This document shows, in pieces, positions 1 to 13,869 of a DNA stretch of 64,000 nt (its first letter is position 1; every line of letters begins with the position of its first letter). The stretch covers positions 10,672,655-10,736,654 of the forward strand of contig NC_134033.1 of assembly GCF_964204645.1 (NCBI RefSeq), given 5' to 3'. The position numbers were made by a program, and so were the translations under genes. Below the pieces are notes generated by a model. It made no database searches, was not told the DNA's origin, and saw only the letters and a program-made list of their open reading frames with translations. The DNA is from Tubulanus polymorphus. Lineage: Eukaryota > Animalia > Nemertea.

Positions 1-950
1 ATTTCACGTTACAATAAGTATCACCAGACGGTACAGGAAGTATCCTTGAATCAATCAAAATGGCGGCGGCGCTGGATGAACAAAAATCATCGAGCTCGAT
101 TTTCCGGGCATGTGCGTCTATTGTAAATGGAGACGCGCGCAAGTGGCCGCAAAAACCATTGAATAACTCCGTAGCGTCATTTAAAAAGTGATTCTAATGC
201 TTTAATGACATTGAAGTTTCTTTTTGTGGGTGATAGAAAAAAGTTTTAGAAATGATAGAATAATACGTTTGGCGTGTTCAAGTTTAACAACAGTTAAAAC
301 TGTTTATTATTCAGTTAGGTCACTAAGGGCGACGGTTAACAATACACGCCGGTATTTTAAACTTTTGAAAATTAATGTTTTCCCTAATTTTCTCTCAATT
401 TTATCGAGGTTGGAATGACTTCATTCGCCGCACAAAGGGACATACGTTACTTGTGTACATATCTGAATAGGAATAGGTACTATATAGTTGTGTATGTCTT
501 TTAGCCACGTGGACACAAAAAAAAATCATTTTGTCCCTTTGACAAACAACTCAAGCTCCACACACACACAAAACCACAAAGCAATATTCCACAGTCTATC
601 ATTGCATTTGTAACAAAAACCTTTGTAAAAGCTGTATTTGTAATTATTTAAGGCGAATAATGCTGAGTATGTTCGAAATTGTTTGAAAGTGTGTTTAAAA
701 GTAAAATGGCGTCGGGGTGGTCCTTGCACGGGTCTATATGTTCGAAAAGATTTCGCTGCAAAAATACGGAGTTTAACTAAAATATGGTTCAATATCGGTG
801 GCAATCAACAACCAGCTCGATCGTAACCCAAAACCTAGCAAGCTTCGAACCATGGCGACAACCAGCGTGCCAGCTAAGCATGTTTACCACTAGACTATAA
901 AGCATGGGACTGATCGTGTTAAGTTTGTCTGGTCAGTATGGTTACTGCCG

Positions 951-1212
951 TCACCAGTCAGGTATGGAGACTGGTGTCCAGTCAGGTTGAGCGACTGGTG
1001 ACCAGTGAGGTTTAGTCAGGTGTGGTGCCTGGTGACCAGTCTGGTGACTGATGGCCAGTTGGGTGGGGTGACTGGTGACTAGTCTGGTGTGGAAACTGGT
1101 GACTAGTCTGGTGACTAATGGCCAGTCAGATGTGGTGACCGGTACCAATCAGGCCGTGGAGACTGGTGACTAGTCTGGTGTGGTGACTGGTGACTTGTCT
1201 GGTGTGGTGACT
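951..1212. repeat. Degenerate CTGGTGAC-type tandem repeat (part of a dispersed element; inverted relatives near 47235-47300 and 53160-53240)
   Basis: Repeated CTGGTGAC/GTGACTGG units visible; explains the spurious ORF 951..1148. Confidence 0.8.
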
Positions 1213-1874
1213 CTACTAAAACCATACCCGCCATCATAATCGGATTGAAACAGTTCTGGTTCATTGCCAGAAATCTATTTCAATTTCAGGCAGTTTATCT
1301 ACTATAAAACTCACAATTCTAAGCAAAAATAAAAACAAAAACATGCAAACCATTTGAAATATAAATTGGTGAATCGATTAAAAATGAATTGCTAGCCCTT
1401 AAAGTACGAAATGTTCGAACCCAAATACAAATTTTCTAGCACGCAGATTTCATCTCAACATTGTCAAAAAAATGAGATATGTATATATTGAGGGCAGCAG
1501 CGGTGATAGAGCGAACAAAGACTTGAAGCCGCTGATAAAATAGTTACAAGAGTTTGAACAACTTTAGTTACATATACTTCAGGTTTAGGAGAGAAAGAGG
1601 GATGCCAATACACGTTCTGTATGAGAAACGCAGCAATGTTTGTATAGTTATTTCCCCTCCCAGACACTTCATCGTGTAACCCATCGATACAATACCTCGC
1701 AAAACTATCCGCATCCTATAGTAGTTAAGTGAGGACAAATTCTATGAAAACTAAAAGATGATTCTAGAAATTGTTACAGATATGTTTCACTGTATGTATG
1801 ATAATGTAAATCATTTTGAGAAACATTTGCCTCGGTATTCTTTTTAAAAATGTCTTAAATTGATGAGTTACTGA

Positions 1875-2280
1875 ATCTAGAAGTTGGACTGAACTATGAA
1901 CTCAGGAGCCAGTTCCACAGTGTGTGAGTAAGAGTTAACTAGAAGTTAGACGTAACTCTGAACTTAGGATCGAGGACCCAGTTCTAAAGTTGTGAGTTAA
2001 GATCCCAGAACTGTGGAACTGGATCCAGAACTGTGAAACTGAATCCAGAACTGTTGAACTGTCTGTGAAACTGGGTCCAGAACTGTGGAACTGAATTCAA
2101 AACTGTGGAACTGTGAAACTGGGTCGTGAACTGTGGAACTGAATCCAGAACTGTGGAACTGCATCCAGAACTGTGGCATTGGGTCCAGAACTGTGGAACT
2201 GAATCCAGAACTGTTGAACTGTGAAACTGGGTCCAGAACTGTGGAACTGAATCCAAAACTGTGGAACTGAATCCGTTCTG
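1875..2280. repeat. AACTGTGGAACTG(A/G)ATCCAG tandem repeat, MITE-terminus derived family
   Basis: Tandem ~20-28 bp units; same family at 6780-6930, 30340-30880, 33030-33165, 63205-63440. Confidence 0.85.
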
Positions 2281-3794
2281 GAAAAATGGGCCCATATCGC
2301 TAGGATCGGCTAGAAGCGAAAGGATTTTTAAATCAATTTTTTGTGAAAATTGTTTTTTTTAACTGCAGCCAGCAGTGAATTGAGTTTGGACGTTTATTTT
2401 TCTATTTCGGACAAGGAACTAATATCGTGTTTATCGGAGAATTTCGACATCGGTAAACTGTTTAACGAATGATCGAAATCGCGTGATAATTACCGTTTTT
2501 ATCAGACGGTAAATAAATGAAACTGCAGAGAAATTGTGTGAAATTTCTCCAATCAGAAATAGATCAATCAATCTTATCATTGAATAAACAAGCCCATCAC
2601 CTATTTCATATTCATCGGCTGGTGTTTCGACATTTAGGAAGCGGCCTTGAAAGCTTTTTAAGTCAACATGATTAAACCAGACAGATAATTGCCCAGTGCC
2701 AATTTTCTGGGTTCAAAACAAGTTCGAATCTGCTCTGGTTATTTGAAATTATCAATTAATTTCAACTGAACCGAACACCGTGGAACACTGCGGGTCCTGG
2801 TATCCAGTCCCTGAATTATGAATAAGATAGGCTCTCTGAGTTGAAATTAGTTCACAGGTTCCCGAGGCCTGGACCCCAGTTAGAATTGATTTTTATCTTT
2901 TACAGCGCATACTTAAAAATGGCAATCAGTTCGATTTACATCAGTATGAAATAATCATGAGCTGATAAAACAGTAATTTAAAAAACTTGGAGAATGAACA
3001 TTAAGTTAACATTTGCAGGCGGCCAAATATGAATTTTCCTAAAAAAAAGTTTTCCAATTATTGAACGCATTGAGCATTGAACTGAATTTGTCTAATATTC
3101 AAGGGCAGTTGGTTCCACTAGACAGGTGCTAAAAACTTAAATGCCCTTCGTCTATATTGTGCGCTTCGTTCCACGGTATTGCTGGTCAGATTCAACTCGA
3201 ACCTTCTACCTTGAAATGAATTCATCGCATTACAACTTTCGTGGACGATATTTGGTAAATTTCAATAGAATCATAGTGAAATATAAACATTCGAAAGTTA
3301 CTAAATGCATCTTTCATTTTGTGGTCCGTGTCGGATTATTGCACCGCCCTGTATTTTGAGTGTAATCGAGGCACTGTATTGTTTACGGAGACCGAGGACT
3401 CTACCTCTTACTCTCTCCACTCTCTCTGCTACTCTCTCCCTCTCTCTTTCTACCTCTTACTCTCTCTCCCTCTCTCTCGCACTCTCTCTCCCTCTCTCTC
3501 TGCTCACTTCTTTCCATCTAGTCGATCAAACATCGCACATCTCAATTCGAATTTCAAGCAGTTTTGACCCAGAATAACTGTATCAAAAACCGTTTTAAGT
3601 GACACTTCAGAAATTATGCTACCGTATTTTTACCGGCCCTATATGTTTGCGTACGTATATATGTGTTACTTGTCGCTACTCCTATTTCCTGAATTGTTTT
3701 ATACCCAAAACAATCATGGGTCTTATCATAGACTTACAAGTCCACGATCGTCTAATCGTGGACCTTTAAACTAAACACGTAAGTCGCCATGGTT

Positions 3795-4045
3795 CCCGTT
3801 GATGAGACACTTTGTCCGTGTTGTAACATTACGAAAATCGCAAAACATAGACGAAAAATAAAGTCCGAAAATGTGTCCTTAAGCTGGTAGTTTTAATCAA
3901 CGTTTCGACTATTATCTAATATTCCGTATTCCGAATATTTCGAATGATAGTTTATATAGTCGAAACGTTGAAAGATACTACCAGCTTAGGGAAACATTTT
4001 CGGAGTTTATTTTTCCTCTATATTGTGGGATTTTCGTGATGTTAT
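3795..4045. repeat. Inverted pair of the hammerhead-like dispersed repeat
   Basis: CGAAAATGTGTCCTTAAGCTGGTAG...CAACGTTTCGACTAT (- copy) faces ATAGTCGAAACGTTG...CTACCAGCTTAGGGAAACATTTTCG (+ copy); homologous to the monomer at 14670-15060. Confidence 0.65.
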
Positions 4046-4065
4046 CTCCATGGTATCGCGATCAA

Positions 4066-4595
4066 ATTCGCTGAAGTCACCATAGTAATGTGACGATCAT
4101 CATTTTGATGACTTATCCCAATGACGACATACACTTAGTGAAGTGAAAAAGAAATACACGTTTGGACTTACAAATAGAGAAGACTTCAGTAATGTGACGA
4201 CTCCTGTACAAATGACGACTTACACTTAGTAAAGTGAATTGAGACTCGAAAATACAGACAACTTCGGTTTTGTGACAACTTGTACTTTAGTAAATTGAAT
4301 AAGCAATACAAATTGGGACCCAAAATAAAATGACGACTGCAGAAATGCGACTTTCACTTGATTAAATTGGTAAATTGAATACAAATTTGAGACTCGAGTC
4401 TAAAGTAGTAATTTCAGCTTATAAGTCCATAGGTCTAATCAAATTACGGTCAAATTCGCTGCTGAATTTGTCGTATGTGACGACCATATTGTTGATGACT
4501 TATCGAAATGACGACTTAACACTTAGTAAATTGAAACAGAAATATGAATTGAGAATCTAAAATAGAGATGATTCCAGTGACTTATCAGATGACGA
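4066..4595. repeat. Degenerate tandem repeat (ATGACGAC...CACTTAGTAAA units)
   Basis: Several diverged copies of GTAATGTGACGA...ATGACGACTTACACTTAGT. Confidence 0.6.
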
Positions 4596-5127
4596 CAGTT
4601 TAACCGATTTTACGGTATCAGTTTCGTATCGAAGCGGATTGCGGGAGAGGTCGATCACGGGACCACCAAACCGGAACAACAACACTTTGTCCGAATTACA
4701 AAACGCGAAACCATTCTAAAACCTATACAAACAGGAACTGAAATGATGAAGAGGACGATTTAGAGGATGAGCCCTCATAAACGATTAAACTGCGTTCTAG
4801 AAATAGCGTGTGACTGTTGCGCTGAAACAGGAAGTACCGGCTACTTGTAACTTCCGTTCTGTCTGTTGTTTACTATGTGCGGGCTGTTGACGGTATTTGT
4901 ATAGGGACCACTTTAATCTCCCGCAGTTTTATATCACACACCAATCATCAGTATAATTATCAATATACGATTATTATTCAGAAATAAATAATTTCGACGT
5001 GAAAGTATTATTTTTTCACACGGACGCAATTAAAACGTTTTAACTATAGAATAATTTCCCCGGTACAAGTGTTCTAGAATCTCTTCTACGGGAGAAACAT
5101 GTCCCTGTTTAAAGCGAGGGACTCTAA

Positions 5128-6123
5128 ACCTGTGCCTGGTACAAGCGAGGTATACTGAAAACCTCTGGTAAGCAAGCTGCTATAAACCTGCCTCTGGTAA
5201 GCAAGGTATACTGTAGACCTGCCTCTGGTAAGCAAGGAACTGTAAACATGCCTCTGGTAAGCGAGGTACTATAAACCTGCCCCTGGTAAGCGAGGTATAC
5301 TGTTCAGGCCCCTGTCACCTCATTGTTTGTAATTTACTATTGTTATTATTAATCTTGTACATATTGATGGTGACAAATAAACTACTATACTACTATACTG
5401 TAAACCTGCCTCTGGTAAGTGAGGTATACTGTAAATCTACCCCTAGTAAGCGAGGTACTATAAACCTGCCTCTGGTAAGCGAGGTACTGTAAACCTGCCT
5501 CTGGTAAGCAAGGTATACTGTAGACCTGCCTCTGGTAAGCGAGGGACTGTAAACCTGCCTCTGGTAAGTGAGGTACTATAACACTGCCCCTGGTAAGCGA
5601 GGTATACTGTCAACCTGCCTCTGGTAAGCGAGGTATACTGTATGTCTGCCCCTGGTAAGCGAGGTACTATAAACCTGCCTCTGGTAAGCGAGGTACTGTA
5701 AACCTGCCTCTGGTAAGCGATATACTGTAAATCTGTTCCTAGTAAGCGAGGTAGGTATACTGTAAACCTGTCCCTGGTAAGCGAGGTAACCAAAACCTAT
5801 CCTTGTTAAGGCGAGGTACTCAAAACCTGCCCCTGGTAAGCGAGGTACTCAAAACTTGCCCTTGGAAAGCGAGGTACTCAAAACCTGCCCCTGGTAAGCG
5901 AGGTACTCAAAACCTGCCCCTGGTAAGCGAGTGTAAAGCTGCGTCTGGAAAGAGATAGTTAACCTCCCGCTGGTAAGCGCGGTACTGTAAACCTGCCTCT
6001 GGTAAGCGAGGTACTGTGACCTGCCTCTGGTAAGCTAGGTACTGTAAAACCTGCCCCTGGTAAGCGATCAGGACTCGTGGAAACTTGTCCCTCTGGGACC
6101 GTACCCGCCCCTCTGGTAAGCGA
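5128..6123. repeat. 27-29 bp minisatellite (AAACCTGCCTCTGGTAAGCGAGGTACTGT)n
   Basis: About 30 near-identical tandem units, interrupted at ~5305-5395. Confidence 0.95.
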
Positions 6124-8414
6124 GAGGAATGAGCGTATTTATAAACACGAAAAGTGGTCGATGAATTATCATGCGGTAGAATTTCTCTCGAGCACTACAC
6201 CGGAAGTTACTTATCCACTTCCGTCTGCGGCGCGCACGTCGCGTCAGGCAGGCCACAGGAAATTCGGCGATGTTCTGAACGCGGTTCGCGGCGCAGCGCG
6301 ACGCAGCGCGACTCGGAAATGATGAGATACACGACCCGACGAACAAAAGATTCGATACGTGGCAAATTGAGAGGATTTTCGTGTCGGTTCGAGTCCGTAA
6401 ATTAACATGCATATTTAATAATGAGCCCTTTATGAGAGACGTCACACACGTAACGGAAATGTGGTGGTATAGCTCTAAAACCCCGAGTCTGCCCGCGTGT
6501 GTGACTAGTGTGTGGACCGTACTATATGCTGCACTGGTGAAATTCGAGTCTATAAAATCGATTATTGTAACTGCGCATTAAAATCAATCGTACAATAGAC
6601 TCTGATGAAGCGGTTGATGTTTCTGCTGCTGCTGCTGTACTGTTGAAATAAAAATGCGTCTTCTCCTCTCTGACTCGACGCGCTGTGTGTGTTTGTTTCA
6701 ATCGGACACAATTTATCAATTATCAAATGAAAAGCCGCACAGAGACTCGACTCCGAGTCTAATGGGGAAAAAATGACTGATCCATCTCTGCAATCTGATA
6801 TCGACCCAGTTCCACAGGTCTGTGTTAAGATTTGATAGTTCATTAATTGAAAATGAACAGCAGAGTTAACTCTATCTGTGGAACTGGATCCAGAGTTTGG
6901 AGTTTACTCAAACTCACAACTGTGGAACTGGAATTTTTGTTCTATTGTAAATACATGAATTTTATAAAATGCTTTCTTATGAAATAGATTGAAATTGAAA
7001 TTGGAGTCCAGTTTCCCCTGGCTTGGTAAAAGCAGCCCTATCTTGGTTGTTTGGCTATGTCAAGCTTTTTGGACTTAAGTCATCATTGCGCAGCTCGACC
7101 CCGGATTCTGTTGCACATGTTTGTGGCTTAGATTTCAGGGTCCCAGCCGAAGACCAACTTGGCTCTCTTGTTAATCTAGCATTTTGGACTGGGCTTGCAA
7201 TTGGGCCCTGGGGAAAAATGTGTACAGCAGTTGATTAGATTAGATCAGACCAGCCTGAGCCTAGTTCCCACAGTCATAGCTTAGATTTCAGACCAGCCTT
7301 AGATCATCACCGTTGTTTTACCAATGTAGCCCCTCTGTATCTTGGCCATGTTTTGTAGGTACATGGAATTTACCATTTTTGAAACTCTAAAAGGTCTAAA
7401 AGGAACAGTCAACCCCGATATGGGAGGGATGTATATCGAGGTGTTTTACTATGTATTTGTACTATGGCGTTAGGACGGTGGGAGTGGCGTTATATGGGAG
7501 GGTGATATATCGGGGGTTCACTGTACTCATTTTCCATTGTACGTTTGTTTAACGATGAGGAAGTTTTTTAAAAAGGAGTCGTATATATATATAAGCTTAA
7601 TCAATCAAAAAGCAATCCACGATCCATTTATGAGTCCTATATCCTGCATTTAACGAAAACGATGCGAAAAAAATAATTCCACGTTGTCGTGTCTATTTAA
7701 TCATACCAAGCAAACAAAATTACATTAGTTCGAAACTGATTAATATCGGACACAGAAAGCTATTAAATTTTTCTCCATAAAAGCGTGATATATCTAAAAT
7801 CTATTCACAACGTGAAACATGCTTAAACTTACTCTCAGTCACGTGCAAGGTCGAAAGGTCGTCAATCGACAGACGTACGGACGGCAGGCGGCGCACCTCG
7901 GAGATAAGAATATAAATCCGGTTATAACCGATTCGTATTCGGTATTTAAGTATATAATCCGTTTTGTGTTCGTCTGCAAATAGAAGAGAAGATCTGATGA
8001 ACGCGTGCCTATAAGTGAACGCGGGATTAAAGCTTACGAAATAACGGTGGCACCCGATCGAAGAATGAATGAAAAAAAAACGACTTCCCCGAATAGCGTA
8101 TTCGAAATGGCTATAGTTTAATTATTTGCGTAATGGTAAAATAAAACATATTCAATCTGTTGAATATAGATTTTCGTCATAAATAAAACCGCATCGTAGT
8201 TTGAATTCTGACCGCATCGCACAAAAAAGACATCGTTTTGTTAGATATTATGAAATGATTTTCATTCTACTGTTGTTCGAGTTAAAATCAATACGCGCGC
8301 GCACAAAAGAAATGATTCATTTTTTCAGCTGAAATACATTTGTCGTTTAACAAATACCTAGACAAATCGAGTAGGCAATGCGGCTAAACATGTGTTAGAA
8401 TGTACTTGGCATAT

Positions 8415-8685
8415 CATAAGGGATGAAATGAGGGATAGAATATGTTTTGCTTTTGATATTTGCATATCGAATCAGGACTCGAACCCAAAATATGTGATGT
8501 AAGGGATGAAATTGCGTATCAAAATCAGGACTCGAACCCAAAATATGTGAAGTGATGGGTGAAATTGCGTATCACGATCAGGACTCGAACCCAATATATG
8601 TGATACGACGAATAGATTGCATATTCAAATCAGGACTCGGATTTGCGTATCAAACTCAGGACTCGAACCTAAAATGTGACTCGGA
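8415..8685. repeat. ~55-60 bp tandem repeat (TTGCGTATCAAAATCAGGACTCGAACCCAAAATATGTGA core)
   Basis: Five diverged units visible. Confidence 0.8.
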
Positions 8686-8924
8686 TTTCGAAGTGGTTCG
8701 TCGTAACCGCGATACGATCGTTCCGGCGTCCGACGGAAGATGGAATCTAGTTGCTGGTAAAGCACGTCGCGGACGGGACGGGTTTATCTCTGCGACTGTG
8801 TTTGTATCCGCGCGCAGGCAGCGGCTACGGCTTGAGACCAATAAACCGTAAATCTATTGAAATAAAGATACGGGCCGATATCTGAACTGTACGCCCAATT
8901 AGATCCGTACTTAAAAGAGTACTT

Positions 8925-8984
8925 CACCACCACCAGCACAAGCAGCTGCAGCAGCAGCAGCAGCACCACCACCACCACCACTAC

Positions 8985-9025
<41 letters not shown>

Positions 9026-9029
9026 CCAG
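8925..9029. repeat. (CAG)n/(CAC)n trinucleotide microsatellite
   Basis: Direct reading. Confidence 0.95.
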
Positions 9030-9667
9030 CCCTCGGGTTCCGCGTACACTTTCTAACTCTATAACGGTTCGGTTTTCAGATTTTGATATCGGATCAGTTT
9101 TTTATGGTTTTGTGCTGAATTTGAACCGGTGGATAAAAAAAACACCACAAATAAATCCACGTAACTTTATACTTCTTTCGAGACGATAAAAATATCTGAA
9201 GATTCTGATATTGGTACCCGAATCTGAAAATGATATCATGATGGTGATAATAAAATTCTGAATCTGAGAATGATATAAGGAATCTCAAAAATGATACTTG
9301 TTTTGTCATTTCATATACTTTAATTTCAGAAGATAAACACCTGAATTGTAAACGGAATAAGATTTTTCACGCAGAAATCTTCTTTCGATCTCAAGAAAAA
9401 AAAAGAATTGATGTAAATGCTCCGTCGCATCTCAAGGTAATGGGTTCCATCCGTACTGTGTGAAAAATAATCGATAAAGCGAAAGATGTATAAACCACAA
9501 ACAGAGAGATCAAATAGAACGCGCGCGCAGCGACGTAAAAAGCCAATTAAAATAGCAATTAGCTAATAGATTCATTAGCGGCTGTAACCGTAAGAATATT
9601 GATCGATTAAATAGAATTAATCAGTATCAATCTGACACATCGTCATCTGCTCCTCGTAAAGCTCCCC

Positions 9668-9768
9668 CTCCTGCTCCTGCTGCTGATGCTGCTGATGCTG
9701 ATGCTGCTGCTACTGCTGCTGATACTGATGCTGCTGATGCCGATGCCGCTGCCGCTGCCGCTGCAGTT
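9668..9768. repeat. (GCT/GAT/GCC)n microsatellite
   Basis: Direct reading. Confidence 0.9.
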
Positions 9769-9904
9769 GAAGTGAAGATGTTCTGCCTCTTATGACGTTG
9801 TCCGACATACTTTTTAATACCTGGAGTTCACAAGTTGGAGATGTTTATTTTTCTTAATTGAATCATTAAATTTTGATCCCAGTCTGGGTTCCTGTCTCCT
9901 TACT

Positions 9905-10062
9905 TCCTATCTCTCTCCTCCCTCCCTCCCTCCCTCCCTCCCTATCTCCCTTTCTCCCTCCTCTCTCACTATCCTCCCTCTCTCTTCCTCCCTCTCCCTC
10001 CCTCTCTCTCCCTCTCTCTCCACTACCCCCCTACCTCCATCTCTCTCCCCTACCTCCATCTC

Positions 10063-10144
<82 letters not shown>

Positions 10145-10647
10145 TCCCTCTCCCTCTCCCTCTCTCCCTCTCCCTCTCCCTCTCCCTCTCTCCCTCTCTC
10201 CCTCTCTCCCTCTCTCCCTCTCTCCCTCTCTCCCTCTCTCCCTCTCTCCCTCTCTCCCTCTCTCCCTCTCTCCCTCTCTCCCTCTCTCCCTCTCTCCCTC
10301 TCTCCCTCTCTCCCTCTCTCCCTCTCTCCCTCTCTCTCCCTCTCTCTCCCTCTCTCTCCCTCTCTCTCCCTCTCTTTCCCTCTCTTTCCCTCTCTTTCCC
10401 TCTCTCCCTCTCCCCCTCTCCCCCTCTCTCCCTCACTCCCTCTCTCTCCCTCTCTCTCCCTCTCTCTCCCTCTCTCTCCCTCTCTCTCCCTCTCTCTCCC
10501 TCTCTCCCTCTCTTTCCCTCTCTCTCCCTCCATCTCTCTCCCCTACCTCCATCTCTATCCTCTATCTGCCTATTCCCTCACCCTCTCTCTCCCTCCCTCA
10601 CCTCCCCTCCCTCCTCTCTCTACCTATCTCTACCTCTCTCTCTCCCC
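9905..10647. repeat. CT-rich polypyrimidine microsatellite, (CT)n and (CTCTCTCC)n
   Basis: Direct reading; source of the spurious SL/ER ORFs. Confidence 0.95.
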
Positions 10648-12047
10648 CTAAGTTTTTGAGATCATTAATATGTAAATGAGTACGCCGCTGCTGATGTGGT
10701 CGGCGGTGTATTCAGTATTAGCGCGCATGTAAACGGTTATTGCGATGCTAGTTGTGATATTCCGTTCCATTCAAACATTCCCCCAGTCCGCTGAATAGAC
10801 CTTTTCAAACAGTACCGATAACCAATAAAGGCAGAGACGCAGGCGCCAGAGTCAAATTGAAAAATAGCCTCCGTGTATGTGTTTTCTTTTTTTCGTTTTT
10901 ATTTTGAGTGACGTTGAACGACAGAAGAGACCGTACGCGCTAATTTACAGGCGTACTGTACTCATTGTTGTACCGTCGGTTAGGTTTTGTGTCGTCTGGA
11001 AACACTTTGACCACACTGTGTGAATGCGACGTCGCTTTCATCTGGTTTCTTTCTATTTTCGTCGGTGTAAAAAGAAGACGCCGAAAGAAGAGACAAATTA
11101 ACTCAATTTATCCTAAACATGTAACTGGAGGAAACACGAAATAAAGCTTGAAACGTGTTTATTCTAATGTCATCAGCAGCGGCAGCGCAGCAGCGGTGGT
11201 GGTCGCGGTGAAGCAACCAACAGCATGCAGTTACACGGGTATATGAGCTCATGGTATGAGCTCATGGGGGCAGTTGTTTACTGAATCTTAGGGGTCCACC
11301 AGGGCAGGGGTAACAGAGATTAAGGAGGGCTACCAGCGAAATGGGTAACGTAGTCCACAAGGAGGTAGGCTATTCAAAATGGGTCATGTTGTTCACCGAG
11401 GAGGTGTGCTATCAGAAATATCAGAGAAATGGGCTATGTAGTCCACACAGCAGCTGGGCTAGCAGAGAAATAGTCCATTACTGAGTCTGAAACAAAATCT
11501 ATTCCTTTATACTTATATCAAAAATGGTCTTTCCAATTTGCTGCAGTACAAAAAAAACCGTGGAAATTCCATCTTAAAATTCAATTATATGAAAAATAAA
11601 TAGTTTTTTCTAACCAGAAAATAGTTTCGCTTTTTGAATAAATCGATTGTAGATACTTATATCAATACTACATTCTACTAATGCCTTTTATTTCTTATAC
11701 ATGCTTCTTCCAGTTCATGGCGATCGATAAAGCGAGTGTCTGGTTGATGTTTTGGTAGCAGCTGATCAGACCGGGTTCTAGACTCAGCCGTCGCAGACCG
11801 GGCGAACAGAAAAATCAGTTACAACTGTCAAAACTGTCAAACATGTCAAATTTCCGGACCGTTTCGTTGCAATTGCCAGTTAATTGTAGCATCAAATTAT
11901 ATGAATATTCTTCTGTCCGCGAATTGATGAATTTACTATTGACAGTCAGCGGCCTGGAAATATTGCGGGATTGAAATCCGAGGGAAGCTGCAGACCTCCA
12001 GATAATCGCGCTGACTGACTCGTCTAACTGCAATGAATATACGGTCA

Positions 12048-12600
12048 CTGCATCCGCGCAGACTCACACCTGGACACCACCAGGAGGCGCTGCATCCCGG
12101 TGTACATGCGGACTCATACCCGGGCATTGCCACCAGGAGGCGCTGCATCCCGGCATGCACGCGGACTCATACCCGGACACAACCACCAGGCGACGCTGCA
12201 TCCCGGCATGCACGCGGAGTCATACCCGGACACCACCCCCAGGGCCACCTTCCGTTATCTGAGTTAGTCGACTATGGTCGAACTAAACGAAACCGAATGT
12301 CCGTTAGTCGAAACTATATTCCGGAAATAGTTCGAAAATCAAGCGCATTCGGTTATTAGTTCCGACCACTAGTCGACTAGATATGAAAACCGAATTTGGC
12401 CTTGGAGGTGCTGCATCTCAGCACACACGGACTTATACCCGGACACCACCAGGAGGCACTGTGTCCCGGCACGTGAAGACTCATACCCGGATACCACCAG
12501 AGCCGCTGCACCCTGCTACACGTGCAGTCATGCCTAGACACCACCAGGGAGCGCTTCGTCCCGGCGCGTGGACTCGTACCCAATCACCACCAGGGGCGCT
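12048..12600. repeat. ~48-50 bp minisatellite (CATACCCGGACACCACCAGGAGGCGCTGCATCCCGG core) interrupted by a small inverted-repeat element
   Basis: About 8 units; the insert at ~12265-12379 has TIRs TAGTCGACTATGGTCGAACTAA / TTAGTTCCGACCACTAGTCGACTA. Confidence 0.8.
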
Positions 12601-13735
12601 CGTTACAGTTTACTTAGCACGTACCCCACCAGGTGGTGCTATCTGAAAGGGAGGCGTTTAGTTACGTTTCTATTCTCTGAATTGTTATCACTTTAGACTA
12701 GTGTTGTTTTGTAAATATTTGTATAAACATGTGTAATATTGTTACTCCATATACCAGGAAAATGGTTGGAATCGTAATCCCGCGAGTATAAGCATTTTAC
12801 TGTATTACTCCCCTCAAGGAATCTAAATCCCTTGCTTTGCAAACTGTGAAAGCGTACATCCCTGGTACGGTTGAACGGATTCCTGGCAGGACACCGGAAG
12901 CCATTCGGACACCTGGTCGGACAAAGAAGAAAGTTTGTCACCGTAATGGACCAGGGTGTCAGATACCTGAGTACAATACAATAAATACAGTTTTTATAAA
13001 CAATATTTGAGACGCGTGTCTCGGCTGATTGATACGCTATTGTTCTTCGACGCCTGTTCTCTCTCCAGGTAAAAACGCCCGCGTCGTCGGTTCGATCGGT
13101 TCCGGTTGGTTTGAGTGTTGTCGTCGAGCGACGAGTCGGTCCGGCGCGGTAATTACACCGCGCCGGCGGGAAATGACTGTAAGGGAACGGGTCACCGCGA
13201 CCGAGCCGCGAACACGAAACGGCAATAATAACTTCAGGAATTAATTTGAAATCAGTGCCGTGCGGTTATTGTTGTTTCTATAGCGCGGTGATAGATCAAA
13301 CTCGCTGCTGCTGCCTCTAATGGAAAATCCACTTTGGAATAATAGAATTTTTCTCGCTAATGAGATATAAACAATGTAAGAAATGACGTTTTTGATATCG
13401 AGCGTTATAACGCTGTGCGTGTGCGTGTGTGTATGTGTGATGTTATATACGTGAGTTCCTCCACTCTCCCAGACTCAACAATGCCCGACGCTGCTACGAC
13501 TTTTCCACAAACCAAAATACTTTATTCATCTACCGCGTACCGTGCATACCCTCCCGGGAACGAATCAGGGGTGGATCTAGGAAGATTTGAAGGCAGGGGT
13601 CCATAAGATATGACAAAGGAATTTTTAGATAAAGCAGCGCGTCGTAGGCTATTAGCATCGTCGGTGTTAGATATTTTTGGAGAATACATCGGAAAATATG
13701 CAATTTCCGAATGGACGAGTGTCAAATTTACAGAA

Positions 13736-13869
13736 GGGGCCGGTTGCAAAGTCACGGCCAAAACCTAAGACTAGTCTAATACCAACTTTAGCTTTATCTA
13801 ATAACCTAAGACCAGTCTCAAGATTGTAGACCACTTTTGGACTTAAGTAACGACTGTGTTACTGGCCCC
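13736..13869. mobile_element. MITE with GGGGCC termini (PIF/Harbinger-like) carrying about one unit of the 44-bp satellite
   Basis: Imperfect TIR GGGGCCGGTTGCAAAGTC...GACTGTGTTACTGGCCCC; internal TAAGACCAGTCT motif. Confidence 0.55.

Noticed and set aside
30-195. YY1-like AAAATGGCGG and ETS-like GGAAGT motifs with a short ATG frame
   Set aside because: The frame stops after ~43 codons with no clear donor; these motifs are also common in transposon ends
5128-6123. CRISPR-like appearance of 27-29 bp repeats (also 25535-26175)
   Set aside because: Head-to-tail units without unique spacers, no cas genes, eukaryotic context
7828-7900. Possible minus-strand internal exon with GTAAGT donor
   Set aside because: The acceptor would be GAG rather than YAG, and the translation is unrecognisable
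9873-10679. Long Ser/Leu/Pro and Glu/Arg ORFs (also 27133-27958 and 31224-31754)
   Set aside because: Translations of CT/GA microsatellites, open in several frames, with no gene signals
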